Assembly: GCF_023055435.1 (NCBI RefSeq)
Contig: NW_025963891.1
Span: forward strand, 7,936,001-8,000,000
Length of the DNA: 64,000 nt
Reading direction: 5' to 3'
Source of the DNA: Haliotis rufescens
Lineage: Eukaryota
In this document: in pieces, positions 11,453-22,109 of the stretch
How positions within the stretch are numbered: position 1 is the first letter of the stretch
Layout: each line of letters starts with the position of its first letter
Notes under the pieces: generated by a model
The model's input: only the letters and a program-made list of their open reading frames with translations
Told to the model about the DNA's origin: nothing
The model's database searches: none
Translations under genes and position numbers: made by a program

Positions 11453-13792
11453 TTATAGAAAGTCGTCTCTGTACCCAAAGGGCAGCGTGTCTACAGGCAG
11501 CCCTGTGTTTTCATCGTAGAAGAGACGTCGCTTGTCGTACACGGTACGATAGTCTTTTCGAGTGGGTCGGGTCACAAGAGCGTTTTCGTGCCGAGGTCCT
11601 TTTCGAATGATGTGATGAGGGTAATCCAAACTGATTTTTTCCCCCTCTTTCCCAGGCCGTTGTCAGTCCTTTCATGGTGTCAAAGTTGAGATGTTGTTGG
11701 TTTCTGTAATTCAAAGTGAACCCTCGCACTTTGCAGGTCGTGCGCGTTCCATCGGGTCTGGGGTTCATTAACTCATAGCCATAGCTTTTGGGGCCTCCTG
11801 ACACAAACGTCTTGATGGTGTTTCCGACCAGTTCATCTGTAAACTCACCCAACGAATGACCCAGCTCTGGATTCGCGTCGTGGGGTCGATGAATGTAAAT
11901 GACGCTGTCCGTGTCAAAGTACAAGACCCTGCGGCCCACCAGGGCAAGGGTCTCGTACAGCTTGAGACGTGCTTGGGCGGTGACCCAAGCAGCGATGGCA
12001 ACATTGAAATGAGAATGAGGGGTTTGGAATTCTTTCTGCTGGGTATAGGTCACTTCCACCATGTGTTCGTTGACAACGGTAACATCCTCGATGGTATTGC
12101 GTTCATTCCTCCCCAAGGCAAAGTACTGTACAGGATCGTTTATATAGATGTTCTGACTGTAGTCTACCCGTTGTCCAAACTTGACCCAGAGCGAATTCAG
12201 TTGCATCTTGGCAATCGTGCGACGTCCTGTTTTTTTTTTGATGCGGTCCTTGTCCAACCCAATGCCTTCTTTGTCGTAGATCTCCTGGATGTAAGCGTCG
12301 TGATCCTTACATCCTTTCGGGGTATCCCCTGGCTTCGAGCTTCTCCTTGAAATGTCGATCGATATAAGTGTCAAAGAGTCCTACTTGCTGGGTGTCAGGG
12401 TCATGCTGTGCAAAGGTGTCAAAATGCCAAACGTCGTAGATCTGAAGCACCTGGTAGTCATACTTCTTCACGGCTTCCTGGAGTTCTACGGTGGCGTACG
12501 TGCCCACCCATGACCTCTCTTCGTCTATGTGCTCGCAGGGGGAGTCTGACCGGGTATCGGCACACGTACGGCAGAAAGGACAGAGCAGTTTGCCACCCGA
12601 TCTGTAAGGCAGTAGCGGATGGTAGAGTCGTTTCGGGGGTAGGACACGGCATTGGATCAGGCCTTTCAGTTCAAACAACGTGTCCACAGGGGGTTGATGG
12701 AGAAGGGTCGGGTGTCCCGTGGGAAACGCTCCGGTCTTACAAATGTAAGGATAAAGGGAACAAATATCGATGTACTTGATGGTTTCACCTTCTTGGGCTT
12801 CGTAGCATAATCGCTTGGCATTGGTGCGTCCTCCATAGAAGGCGTCGCGAGGGTTGAGCGGCCCAGGGACGTGGATACAGTGGGGCCCCTGCAAGAACGC
12901 ACGCAGAGCAGAGTCCACCTGTTGCATTTTTGTAAACTCATGCTCCCACAGGGTGACGATCCGTTTCACCTCAGGGTGTTGACTCAAGAGACTCAAGCGG
13001 TAGTGGGTGTCGGTGTAACAGGCTCCCAACGACGGCCCCGGAACGGGATGCGGTTCTCCACGTTGGGTCTTGTGACAGGTCTGGCACCCATGCCAGAAAC
13101 AGCCCAGGAATTCGTAGATGGTGCCTTTCGCTGGATCGTAGCTATCCACACTGTACCGATATTGGCCCTCTCCACACGTGAACTCTTTTTCACCTCCATT
13201 CCTCGCGTGCTGGAGTTGCAGATGGGGGTCCGTTTCCATCAGATAATGGAGCCAGTGCATACAGGCCTGGTAATAGTTTCTCTTGGGTTGGTAGCCTTGA
13301 GGTGGAAGAATGGCGATGGTATTGGGTTTCAGGTCGTGTTTTCAGAAGGATTTCATGGTGAACGCGGCAGCTGTCATCACTTCTACAAAGGGACCCATGC
13401 CAACCGAGTTGATGGCGTTCTGTCGGAAGTCGGCACATCCCCGTCTCAAAATGTCCACATCGCTCTGGCAGTAGGCTAATAGTTCTCCTTGTAAGTCGAA
13501 CAAGGCTCCTTCTTGCACTTTTTGAGTATGCCACTGGAGGAAGACGGTGCGTTCCGCGGGAGACATGCCATAGGGATCGTACATGACGGCTGGTGGATAG
13601 GGACCTCTGTAGGTCTGGTTGGCTTCGGTATTGAAAAAGTGTGGAAAATACCCTTTTTTCAGTTCTTTCAGCCCAAAGCTCTTTGGAAATGCTTTCAGGG
13701 GGTAAGGTATGAAATTTAAACTGTCTTCGAAACACAACTGTCCGAGGGTCACCTGCAAAATTTGTTGACCATGTCGAATCTTGGTGGGGAGT
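11453..13792 (-). pseudogene. Protein-primed DNA polymerase B (pPolB), frameshifted and 5'-truncated
   Basis: DSLNF, KGYFPHFFN, YCQSDV (ExoIII), inserted EFLGCFWHGC domain, YGGRTNA, YIDICSLYP, KMQLNSLWVKFGQ, YFDTDS, GPKSYGY, KVRGFTLN, C-terminal TLPFGY ending at TAA 11453. Spread over ORFs 13342-13833, 12307-13260 and 11511-12374. Confidence 0.9.
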
Positions 13793-13896
13793 TTGTCTGG
13801 TCCAGACTCGATTGTTTCACAGACCGCCGTCATATAGCTGGAATATTGCTGAGTGCGGCGTTAAACAACAAATCAATCAACCAACCAACCAACCAA
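13793..13896 (+). mobile_element. SINE 3' fragment truncating pPolB
   Basis: gtctggtccagactcg...cagaccgccgtcatatagctggaatattgctgagtgcggcgttaaacaac followed by (AACC)n; same family as 15708, 20325, 23572, 36940, 50863 and 57953. Confidence 0.8.
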
Positions 13897-15047
13897 CTTA
13901 CACTACTTACAACTTACAACATCAAAAGTCGATCGAATAGTGAATGACGAAGCTTTCATCATTTGTCAATCAACTAACACAATTACAATATAATCAAATG
14001 GCAAATGACAAACTTTTCGTCATTCATATTGAAACTTTTGGTGATATTATCACAGGTGACTTCTCTATTGTTGACAATAACAAGTATGGCCCAAATATCG
14101 TGAACAAATCTCAATTGGGATCACAGCTTTAATATAATTATGGAAATAGCGTATGCCAAAACAATGGGCCAGTGGAGAAGATTAACCTGTTGAATGTCTT
14201 TCAGAGTGGGTCATGTTATGATGCTTTCATTGGTTGAATGAACAAACTGTGGGGGAGGAAACAGAATCGAAATAAGCCCATTCTGTTCCAGCAAGCTGCC
14301 ATCCAAAGTCTCGCTTCAATGTCACGCCAAGTGGAATCTTTTTTGATGGATTATCGACATGGGTTATTCTCTGGCGTTGAAGATGTATATTCCCAACATG
14401 GAAAATTTGTTGTTGATTCCACTGATAAAGCCTCAAATAAAATCATTATATGTTAACATTACTACATCAACTGTTTAATCAAAAATGGTGTAAGTGACGT
14501 ATCACATTCTTTCTCTGAAACTATCTTATTTTGCCTTACTCTCATGCCTGAAGAGATGTGCATTTCCTTTGTACTGCAATCCGTACAATGAGAGATACAG
14601 TGCTGGGTTCAGCATATGAATGCCCAAATCCCCGTCTCAAAGATTAACCATGATCCTAAATACAGTCAAGGAAGGATTTGATTATTCTCGTTTGCATTGA
14701 CATTCTATGTCTACATTGACAGAAAATATTTGTGACAAGTAGAATTATTATCATGTTGATTCTCCAAGCCCAAAGGCGCAGATAGATCTCAGAAATAAAA
14801 TAAGTTAAAAAACAGGCAACAGACATTTCTTTCTTTTATTCAGTTTGTGAATGGCGGGTACAACCAGTTGGGCAGGATATGCTCAACATGGTGTCATCAA
14901 TGATTTTTAGTGTTTCCAGCCATATAATGTTCACCAAAATTTTGCCTTTTGGAATCTTTTTCGTCAGGTAATCGAAGAAGATATGGTATAAGTGAAAATG
15001 AGGAATTGCATCGCAAATCATGTTTGTTACTGATAAGTCAAATTTGA

Positions 15048-15314
15048 GGGGGCACGGGTGGCCAAGTCGTCTAAGGCGCCGCGATTCGCTGTGCAGAGTT
15101 GCGTCCCTTGGGCACGCCCGGAACCTATGATTGTGGGTTCGAATCCCGGTTCGCCCTGATTATGTTTCTAGGTTTGTCAGCACCATACCGGTGCTCGTGG
15201 GTTTCACCGAACTGGTAAACGTCTGAGACCTGCATCACTTCGGGCTTTCCTCCCACATTAAGCTGTGGAATACTGTTAAAATCGGCGTTAAACAAAACTC
15301 ACTCACTCACTCTC
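15048..15314 (+). mobile_element. tRNA-derived SINE with target-site duplication
   Basis: A-box-like TGGCCAAGTCG, B box GGTTCGAATCC, (ACTC)n tail, flanked by the 10-bp direct repeat TCAAATTTGA (15038-15047 and 15315-15324). Confidence 0.85.
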
Positions 15315-15707
15315 TCAAATTTGAAATTGTATTCCACATGTCAACCATAAAACTGTTTTAAAGCCTTGACTGTTGTAACATTAAGCAAAGATACAACGCT
15401 CTTTTTAAATCTTCGTGGAAAGAGCATGCTCGATTGTCCCTAACAAGTTGTAGACACCAAAGGCCAGAGCCGCGGAAGTATTGCTCGACATCAAGTTAAA
15501 ATGACCCCTCTTGTCATTCAGTCTTCTGAAGAGATTTTTGTCACTCAGAATCTTCTTGTATAGATTTAATAAACAGATGAAGCGGTCTCACTGGTCACTT
15601 TTATTATATAGTTCAGGTGGGTAAATCAGTGGAAAGGAATTGCCTATTTGATGGTTATTGAACAATATCAGATAATCGATATACCTGAAGCTTAAGTTAA
15701 CCAAACT

Positions 15708-15925
15708 GACGACTATGCTTGTAAAAGGCGACTAACTGGATCGGGTGGTCAGGGTCGCTGACTTGGTTGATGCATGTCATCGATCCCAATTGCGTGGATC
15801 GATGCTCATGATATTAATCACTTTGTTGTCTGGTCCAGACGCGATTACTTACAGACCGCCGTCATATAGCTGGAATATTGCTGAGGGCGGCGTTAAACAA
15901 CAATCAAAGAAAGAAAGAAACAAAC
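15708..15925 (+). mobile_element. SINE (family with LINE-like head)
   Basis: atgcttgtaaaaggcgactaac...gctggaatattgctgagggcggcgttaaacaac plus A-rich tail; several copies in the window. Confidence 0.75.
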
Positions 15926-16681
15926 ATCAATCAACTTTGGACTGTTTACACATAAACTTGAAGTTAAATTTGATGTGATGTACATAATTTGAGAGAAGCC
16001 CCTTTTTCATTAGTGACAATAGTAATTATCTACCAAGTACAGTAACATACATAAGACCATGATATACAAACAATGACATAAGCGCATACAAACAATTGAA
16101 TGTTCATATTGTTTTTTTTCACAAACGAGAATCTGTTTTCGATCGTCGAATAGTAAACACACTACAACACTATACAGTTAGGAACATGTGGACGATGTAT
16201 ATGTTTCTATACAAGTGCTGGTATAAATCTTAAAATGATTGGCTGTAAAGCCCAAATAAGCATTTCTGTAGGGGCCTTTACACAATCCATCAGCTAAGTC
16301 TGCCGCAAAGAGACATGAAACCTGGTGCCTTTCCATGACCCATGGCAAGGACCTCGTTAACCTCAGTGATTACTGAATAATTAGAGGACACTGGCGTCAC
16401 TTGTAACAATTTCTCACATGTTAGTGCTCCTTGACGCGGCACATTTTGGAAGAGATGTGACCAGCACATCAAATAAACAAATGACATTTATGATAATCAG
16501 TACCCTTCTGCACAAACCAAGATCAAATTGCATTAAAGTTTGCTGTCATCATCTTTTAAGTCATACGGTGTATAATGGTAATGAAACATCGGTACTTATA
16601 ATATGCGCTTATCGTGCTATTTCCTGCAGTGTTTCATAGCAGGTAAAATAAATATTTACTAAACAATACATAACATCACAA

Positions 16682-17352
16682 CATGTTAATTATATAACAC
16701 ATTGAGTCCATGACTGACAACATCTTAACATGTTAATTACATTACACATTTAGTCTATGACTGGACCACATGAAGTTCAATGTTGTGCCAACATCTCACC
16801 ATGTTAATTACATTACACATTGAGTCTATGACTGGACTACATGAAGTTAAATGTTGTGACAACATCTCACCATGTTAATTACATTACACGTTGCGTCTAT
16901 GACTGGACTACATGAAGTTAATGTTGTGACAACATCTCACCATGTTAATTACATTACACATTGAGTCTATGACTGGACTACATGAAGTTGATGTTGTGGC
17001 AACATCTCACCATGTTAATTACATTACACGTTAAGTCTATGACTGGACTACATGAAGTTAAATGTTGTGACAACATCTCACCATTTTAATTACATTACAC
17101 ATTGAATCTTTGACTGGACTACATGAAGTTAATGTTGTGACAACATCTCACCATGTCAATTACATTACACATTGAGTCTATGACTGGACTACATGAAGTT
17201 AATGTTGTGCCAACATCTCACCATGTTAATTACATTACCATTGAGTCCATGACTGGACTACATGAAGTTAATGTTGTGCCAACATCTCACCATGTTAATT
17301 ACATTACCATTGAGTCCATGACTGGACAACATGAAGTTTAATGTTGTGACAA
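16682..17352. repeat. Minisatellite, about 9 copies of a 69-71 bp unit
   Basis: catgttaattacattacacattgagtctatgactggactacatgaagttaaatgttgtgacaacatctcac recurs at 16729, 16800, 16871, 16941, 17011, 17082, 17152, 17222 and 17291, plus a 47-bp partial unit at 16682. Confidence 0.95.
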
Positions 17353-17429
17353 GTATCATTACCTAAGGCAAAATATGACATGTGTTATTTGTTCCACTGC
17401 ATATCAGATTCCATGCCATACGGATACAC

Positions 17430-17660
17430 TGTTAAAACAAGCACTGGTCGGCTCGGGGTCAGTATACTGTGTCTGAGTGGGGTATTCAATTTAAACTGCG
17501 GCATGGTATCTCAGTGGGCTAGCACTATAATCGACATTAGTCCGGACTAGTACAAGCACACACACACACAAACATGCATGCACGCACGCACGCACGCACG
17601 CACGTCGCAATATAAGTGCAATGATCTTGAACGCGACGTTAAACCCCATTTCACCACACG
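17430..17660 (+). mobile_element. SINE fragment with internal (CA)n/(CACG)n tract
   Basis: actggtcggctcggggtcagtatactgtgtctgagtgggg...gctagcactata central domain resembles mollusc SINE cores; cgacgttaaacccc tail. Confidence 0.45.
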
Positions 17661-17689
17661 TCCCAGCTGATATCTTTTTTGTTTTTTTA

Positions 17690-18030
17690 CTGCTTCAGTT
17701 AAATCATTAGTTTCAACAATGCCAAGGTAAATGAGTATGTTCACCTCATCTATCCACCATTGCAGTCAGAAAGCAATGAAACAAAAGAGAAACCATATTC
17801 AGAGTCTAATCTGGATATTTGCTTAGAAACACAAACTAACAGCAGCCTCTGTTCGAAGCTGGGAGGGAGGAATTAGAGAATATCCCCTTCATGTTGAGGC
17901 ATATAGCATCAGTTCCGTCTACATTTTACAATTGGTTAGGTATTCTTTTATAAAGCATGCCAATTGTAATTAAATTTGAAATTCTTCTTATGGAAAAGGT
18001 TATTCAATGGACATAAGAAACATAAATTGG
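17690..18030 (+). mobile_element. Decayed Penelope-like RT relic
   Basis: Homologous to 26440-26780, 40570-40910 and 54500-54840 (FNN...YVHLIYPP reading). Confidence 0.55.
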
Positions 18031-18068
18031 TTCATTTGGGACACAGGCGTCGATGCAATAATACATTT

Positions 18069-19253
18069 TCAAATGACAAGGGCAAAGAAAATAATACCAC
18101 AACCAACATTAAGCAGGAAGAAGAATCTTAGACACAGAGCATCAAGTACAAGAGATACATCTTTCCAGGTGACCACTGTATTGCACTTCTTCTGATCAAT
18201 GTCTTCAACTGGATCGTCCTGTTCATCAGATTCCATTGCATTCAAAGGCGGATTAGGAATAACATATTTCCAAAATGTGACATAATTCTGCAACACTACA
18301 GGTACATCTCCCGTTCTCTGATGGATCTTAAGAATGAAAACTGATATTGCCACAGTAAGGGAGCTGAGAGTGAGGAGCAGGGTCATGTAGATGGTGAGGT
18401 AGGACGTTTGTAGGGACGTCCTGGGCATGTTGTTGCTCATCTGCGTCAGAAACAAGCTGAATGAGAGGAGAACCGTCATGGAGAGAGACACTTTATCCCC
18501 GTATTGTATAGGCAGAGCAAAGACCACGGAGCTGAGGAGGGACAGAAACATGACGGGGATGATGAGATTGAGGACATAATATGACGCCCGACGCTGTAAG
18601 ATTGCTGTTACAACGATTTCAGGAAATTTGTTATCAGCGGTAGCGGATGACAAAGTTTTAATCTTCCACAGTCCATTCACATTAGTTGTGACGGTACTGC
18701 TGTTTTCATCAATTGAAGGTATGAAACGAGCAGATATGTTCGTGGTCGTCCACGTGGAGAGATTCAGATGGCAGGTCTGAGTATCAAATGGAAAATGTGT
18801 AATGTCAAAGTCACACTGACTTTGGTAGAGATCCCCTCGTTCCCATTCAACCGTTCCAGAATGATGTACACAAGCAGGCGCGTTCAGATTGTTCAGCAGC
18901 TTGCGCTCTTCAACTGTGTTCATGAGCGTTATGTCGGGCATCCATATATTTTCACTTGACATACAGATCATCTCTATCCCTGCATAATCCGTAATGTTCC
19001 ACCTCAATGAATCATCCCGCCACTTAAAGGAAAACCATCCATTTGTGGTCATCGATTGTTGCCTCTCATTAAGCTCAGTAATTTGCGACAAAGTAAATCT
19101 TACGTCTATATTCAACCTGGTTTCACTTGGAAAAACTTGCGGCTCATAGTCATCTTGCAAAAAATGAAGAAGTCTCTTCTGTTCTTTGATGCTGGTCCCT
19201 CCACATAAACAAATCAATGTAGTCAAGCAGATGAAATGTTTGAAGATCACCAT
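18069..19253 (-). CDS. Intronless atypical nAChR-like subunit, paralog A (394 aa)
   Basis: Complete ORF: signal peptide, WMPD, Cys-loop CDFDITHFPFDTQTC, QRR pre-M1, four TM segments, GDK, short M3-M4 loop. Confidence 0.95.
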   Translation of the reverse strand: MVIFKHFICLTTLICLCGGTSIKEQKRLLHFLQDDYEPQVFPSETRLNIDVRFTLSQITELNERQQSMTTNGWFSFKWRDDSLRWNITDYAGIEMICMSSENIWMPDITLMNTVEERKLLNNLNAPACVHHSGTVEWERGDLYQSQCDFDITHFPFDTQTCHLNLSTWTTTNISARFIPSIDENSSTVTTNVNGLWKIKTLSSATADNKFPEIVVTAILQRRASYYVLNLIIPVMFLSLLSSVVFALPIQYGDKVSLSMTVLLSFSLFLTQMSNNMPRTSLQTSYLTIYMTLLLTLSSLTVAISVFILKIHQRTGDVPVVLQNYVTFWKYVIPNPPLNAMESDEQDDPVEDIDQKKCNTVVTWKDVSLVLDALCLRFFFLLNVGCGIIFFALVI

Positions 19254-20324
19254 TGCTACCTTTTTATATATGCATCTGTACTGAATACCAGACTGAGAGA
19301 TGTTCGATAGGAGAAATGCTTAACACTACTGAATAGTATTTCAGTTATATCAAATCGTGTCAGCTTAATGTTGAAGGAACACCCTCGACAAGAGGCGCCA
19401 ATGCCTTCTGGGGGAGTTTATGTTCGTGTTTCACACTCAAGTGTTATAATGGAACCTGCTGTAGTTCAAGTATTAACACGAGAAATCATAAAATTTTGCC
19501 TCTTCTCTCAATGGCTCAACACACTGGCAACGTGAAAACCCATTACTGACTAGGGAGCATAATGGCATAGGAGTATTTGCACAATCATTCTCTTGTCATA
19601 TTGCATCTGTGGAACAGACGGGATTCTGGTTTAATGCAAATAACTGATAACTTCAATAATGTGTTTTGGATGCTATACATGCGTTGATGATTTTATTATT
19701 GGTGGTTATTTTACAATGTGACGCCACTGCATACAGAACATAGAGGTGCCAACACATACATTCTGCATTAGGTAATCTTCATCGACAAATTAATGACATG
19801 TTTTGTAATGAGACTGGTACGTTAGGAGCATGTCTGGTATCATAATAGGAATTTACTAATAAACTTTCTTTGTTCTATAATGAAAGAGGTCGCATACATC
19901 TGAAAACAGTTTAGGTTTTAGAATGTTTGTGATAATGAAGTGATAATGCTAATAAGGTTTTAGACACCTTCATCTGCATTTGAGTTTGGTCATTACTGGC
20001 GATATTGCAAAATAAATATCTCTTATTTCAGAAACTGTTTTTTATCACGAATTGAAAGATACTAACAGCAACTCTTACAGGGCATGGTGGCGAAATATTT
20101 CACAACAGATAACAGTATCGCATGAGACCAGAGGATTCTAAGTGCTCTTAGGTTTGTGATCTCATGGATTCTTGGACAAGAAAGAAAAAGTTGGAGTATC
20201 AGGCAACACATCGTCCAGTGAATACATAAAAGAGGTTGATATAGGGTTCAATGTGGCAATTGTACAGTCAAATACTCACAGAAACCTAAGGATTGTCTAT
20301 TGGTTTTTCATCCGTTATGGTTTT

Positions 20325-20592
20325 GGTTGTTGGTTGGTTGGTTTGTTGTTTAACGATGCACTCAGCAATATTCCAACTATATGACGGCGGTCTGTAAATA
20401 GTCGAGTCTGGACCAGACAATCCAGTGATTGACATCATGAGCAAATATCCACGCAATTTGGATACGATGACATGTATCTAACCAAGTCTGCGAGCCTGAC
20501 CACCCGAACCCGTTATTCGCCTCTTACGCGTACGACAAGCATAGTCGCCTTTTACGGCAAGCATGGGTTGCTGAAGACATACTCCAATCCCG
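20325..20592 (-). mobile_element. SINE (family with LINE-like head)
   Basis: Reverse complement of the gtcttcagcaacccatgcttgccgtaaaaggcgacta...ggaatattgctgagtgcatcgttaaacaac element; found at the same position in duplicates 36940, 50863 and 57953. Confidence 0.8.
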
Positions 20593-20995
20593 AGATATAT
20601 TTTGACACTAGCTTGGGTTATGTCTAAGGTTAGGGTTATCTTAGTCTGTATGTATATCTCAGCCCCTCAATCTGAAAGAAAAATACAGGGAAGCACCTAA
20701 CCTGAAGTGCAATTAATTAGGAGCTTTTGACTGGTACACTGATTAAAATGCCATGTATTGCCTACCTCCTTGGAGGGTGACAAAGAGTGAATCGAAAATA
20801 GGAATGCACCAGTGATCAGTTTCAGATATTGGAACAACATTGTCCCTTCCAGGTGCCAAGAACTGCCAGGTTGTGAAGGGAATCGTATTGACGCCAAATC
20901 CGAGGTAACTTTCTCTTTCTCGACGGCATCGTCTGAAAAATCCTGTTTTGACAACAGAAGAATATGACACTGCTTCCACATCAGCAGCAGATAAG

Positions 20996-21150
20996 AGGGG
21001 CAGTCGGGTAGCCTAGTGGTTAAAGCGTTCGCTCGTCACGTCGAAGACCCTGGTTCGATTAACCACATGGGTACAATGTGTGAAGCCCATTTCTGGTGTC
21101 CCCTGCCGTGATATTGCTGGAATATTGCTAAAAGCGGTGTAAAACCAAGT
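20996..21150 (+). mobile_element. tRNA-derived SINE
   Basis: A box TAGCCTAGTGG, B-box-like GGTTCGATT, tail gccgtgatattgctggaatattgctaaaagcgg; 3' fragments also at about 29258 and 43679. Confidence 0.8.
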
Positions 21151-22109
21151 GAGATAAAGGAAAGCATTTGTATAGGTAACCAGTAGTTATAAGCAATAGT
21201 TCGTTTATCGCCATTCATACTTCACACTCGTGAATGACAAATTTCAAACAACTGATCAAAAGAAAGTATGCATCGACTTGGACTTCTCATAAAAACAATA
21301 CCAGAAAAGTATTACATTTGAAAGTTCATCATCTGTGTTGCAAGATGTAATGGTACAATTTCAAGGCACATCTGGGGTAAGAACTGTCACTTATAAACAA
21401 AATAACACAGGATGAAAGTCTCATAACAAAGCTTCCGAACGCTTCCATAGCACCTCGGTAATGGCATCACTCTCTTGCGTCACATCCTTGGGCGTCCATA
21501 CATGCCTCAACATGACATATATTCCATGACGTAAGCCTCCCGATGACGTCATTGATTATGCATGTCTCACACCTCCAATAATGCATGTCCAGCTGACGTA
21601 TGCTTGTCAATATGATCCCACAGATGTTCTATCAAGTAGATTGTTATCTACTACAGTGTGTGAGCGGGTTAGGTTTAAAGCTGCCTTGAACAGTATTTCA
21701 GTAATATCACGACCCGATAGGTTATAGCGCAAGGACCGCACAACCCACGAGCACTAGAACCAAAATGATCCAAGAAACATTATTAGGACGAATATGGGAC
21801 TAATATCCATTATTTGTTTTTGGCACCAGCAAAGAGCCCCAGATAATATATTAACCCGCTTTGAAAACGCACCAACATCAATCCTTGAGAATATTATGAT
21901 AGTTGGAAAAGAACAACGAAAATACCCCATGGTTAGGAGTTAAGGAAGCTCCAAGACTGAGTCGTAACCAAAACGCAACTGAGAACAGTGCTCCCAAACA
22001 CGTTTGTACACGTGCAAATCACGAAAAAATTCGAAGTGTCATTTTGTTTAGTGCAGAAATGGGGTAAAAAGGGATGGCATAATCGCTGGAGCCGCGGAAT
22101 GGCACTGAG

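Larger units (their letters stand above)
8290..13792 (-). mobile_element. Maverick/Polinton (polinton-like virus) remnant
   Basis: GC- and CpG-rich island with a frameshifted protein-primed PolB, co-oriented intronless ORFs and a repeat/motif-rich end. Cut at about 13792 by a SINE. No integrase, ATPase, protease or capsid gene visible; left boundary approximate. Confidence 0.8.

Noticed and set aside
13940-14830. Possible old LINE endonuclease/RT remnant (IITGDF); similar traces at about 62000-62900
   Set aside because: Only isolated motif-like words; boundaries and family cannot be supported.
15048-15150. tRNA genes here and at 20996, 29992, 44373
   Set aside because: A and B boxes are present but run into SINE bodies and tails, with no full cloverleaf.
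16729-17352. CRISPR-like array
   Set aside because: Contiguous repeats without unique spacers, no cas genes, eukaryotic context.
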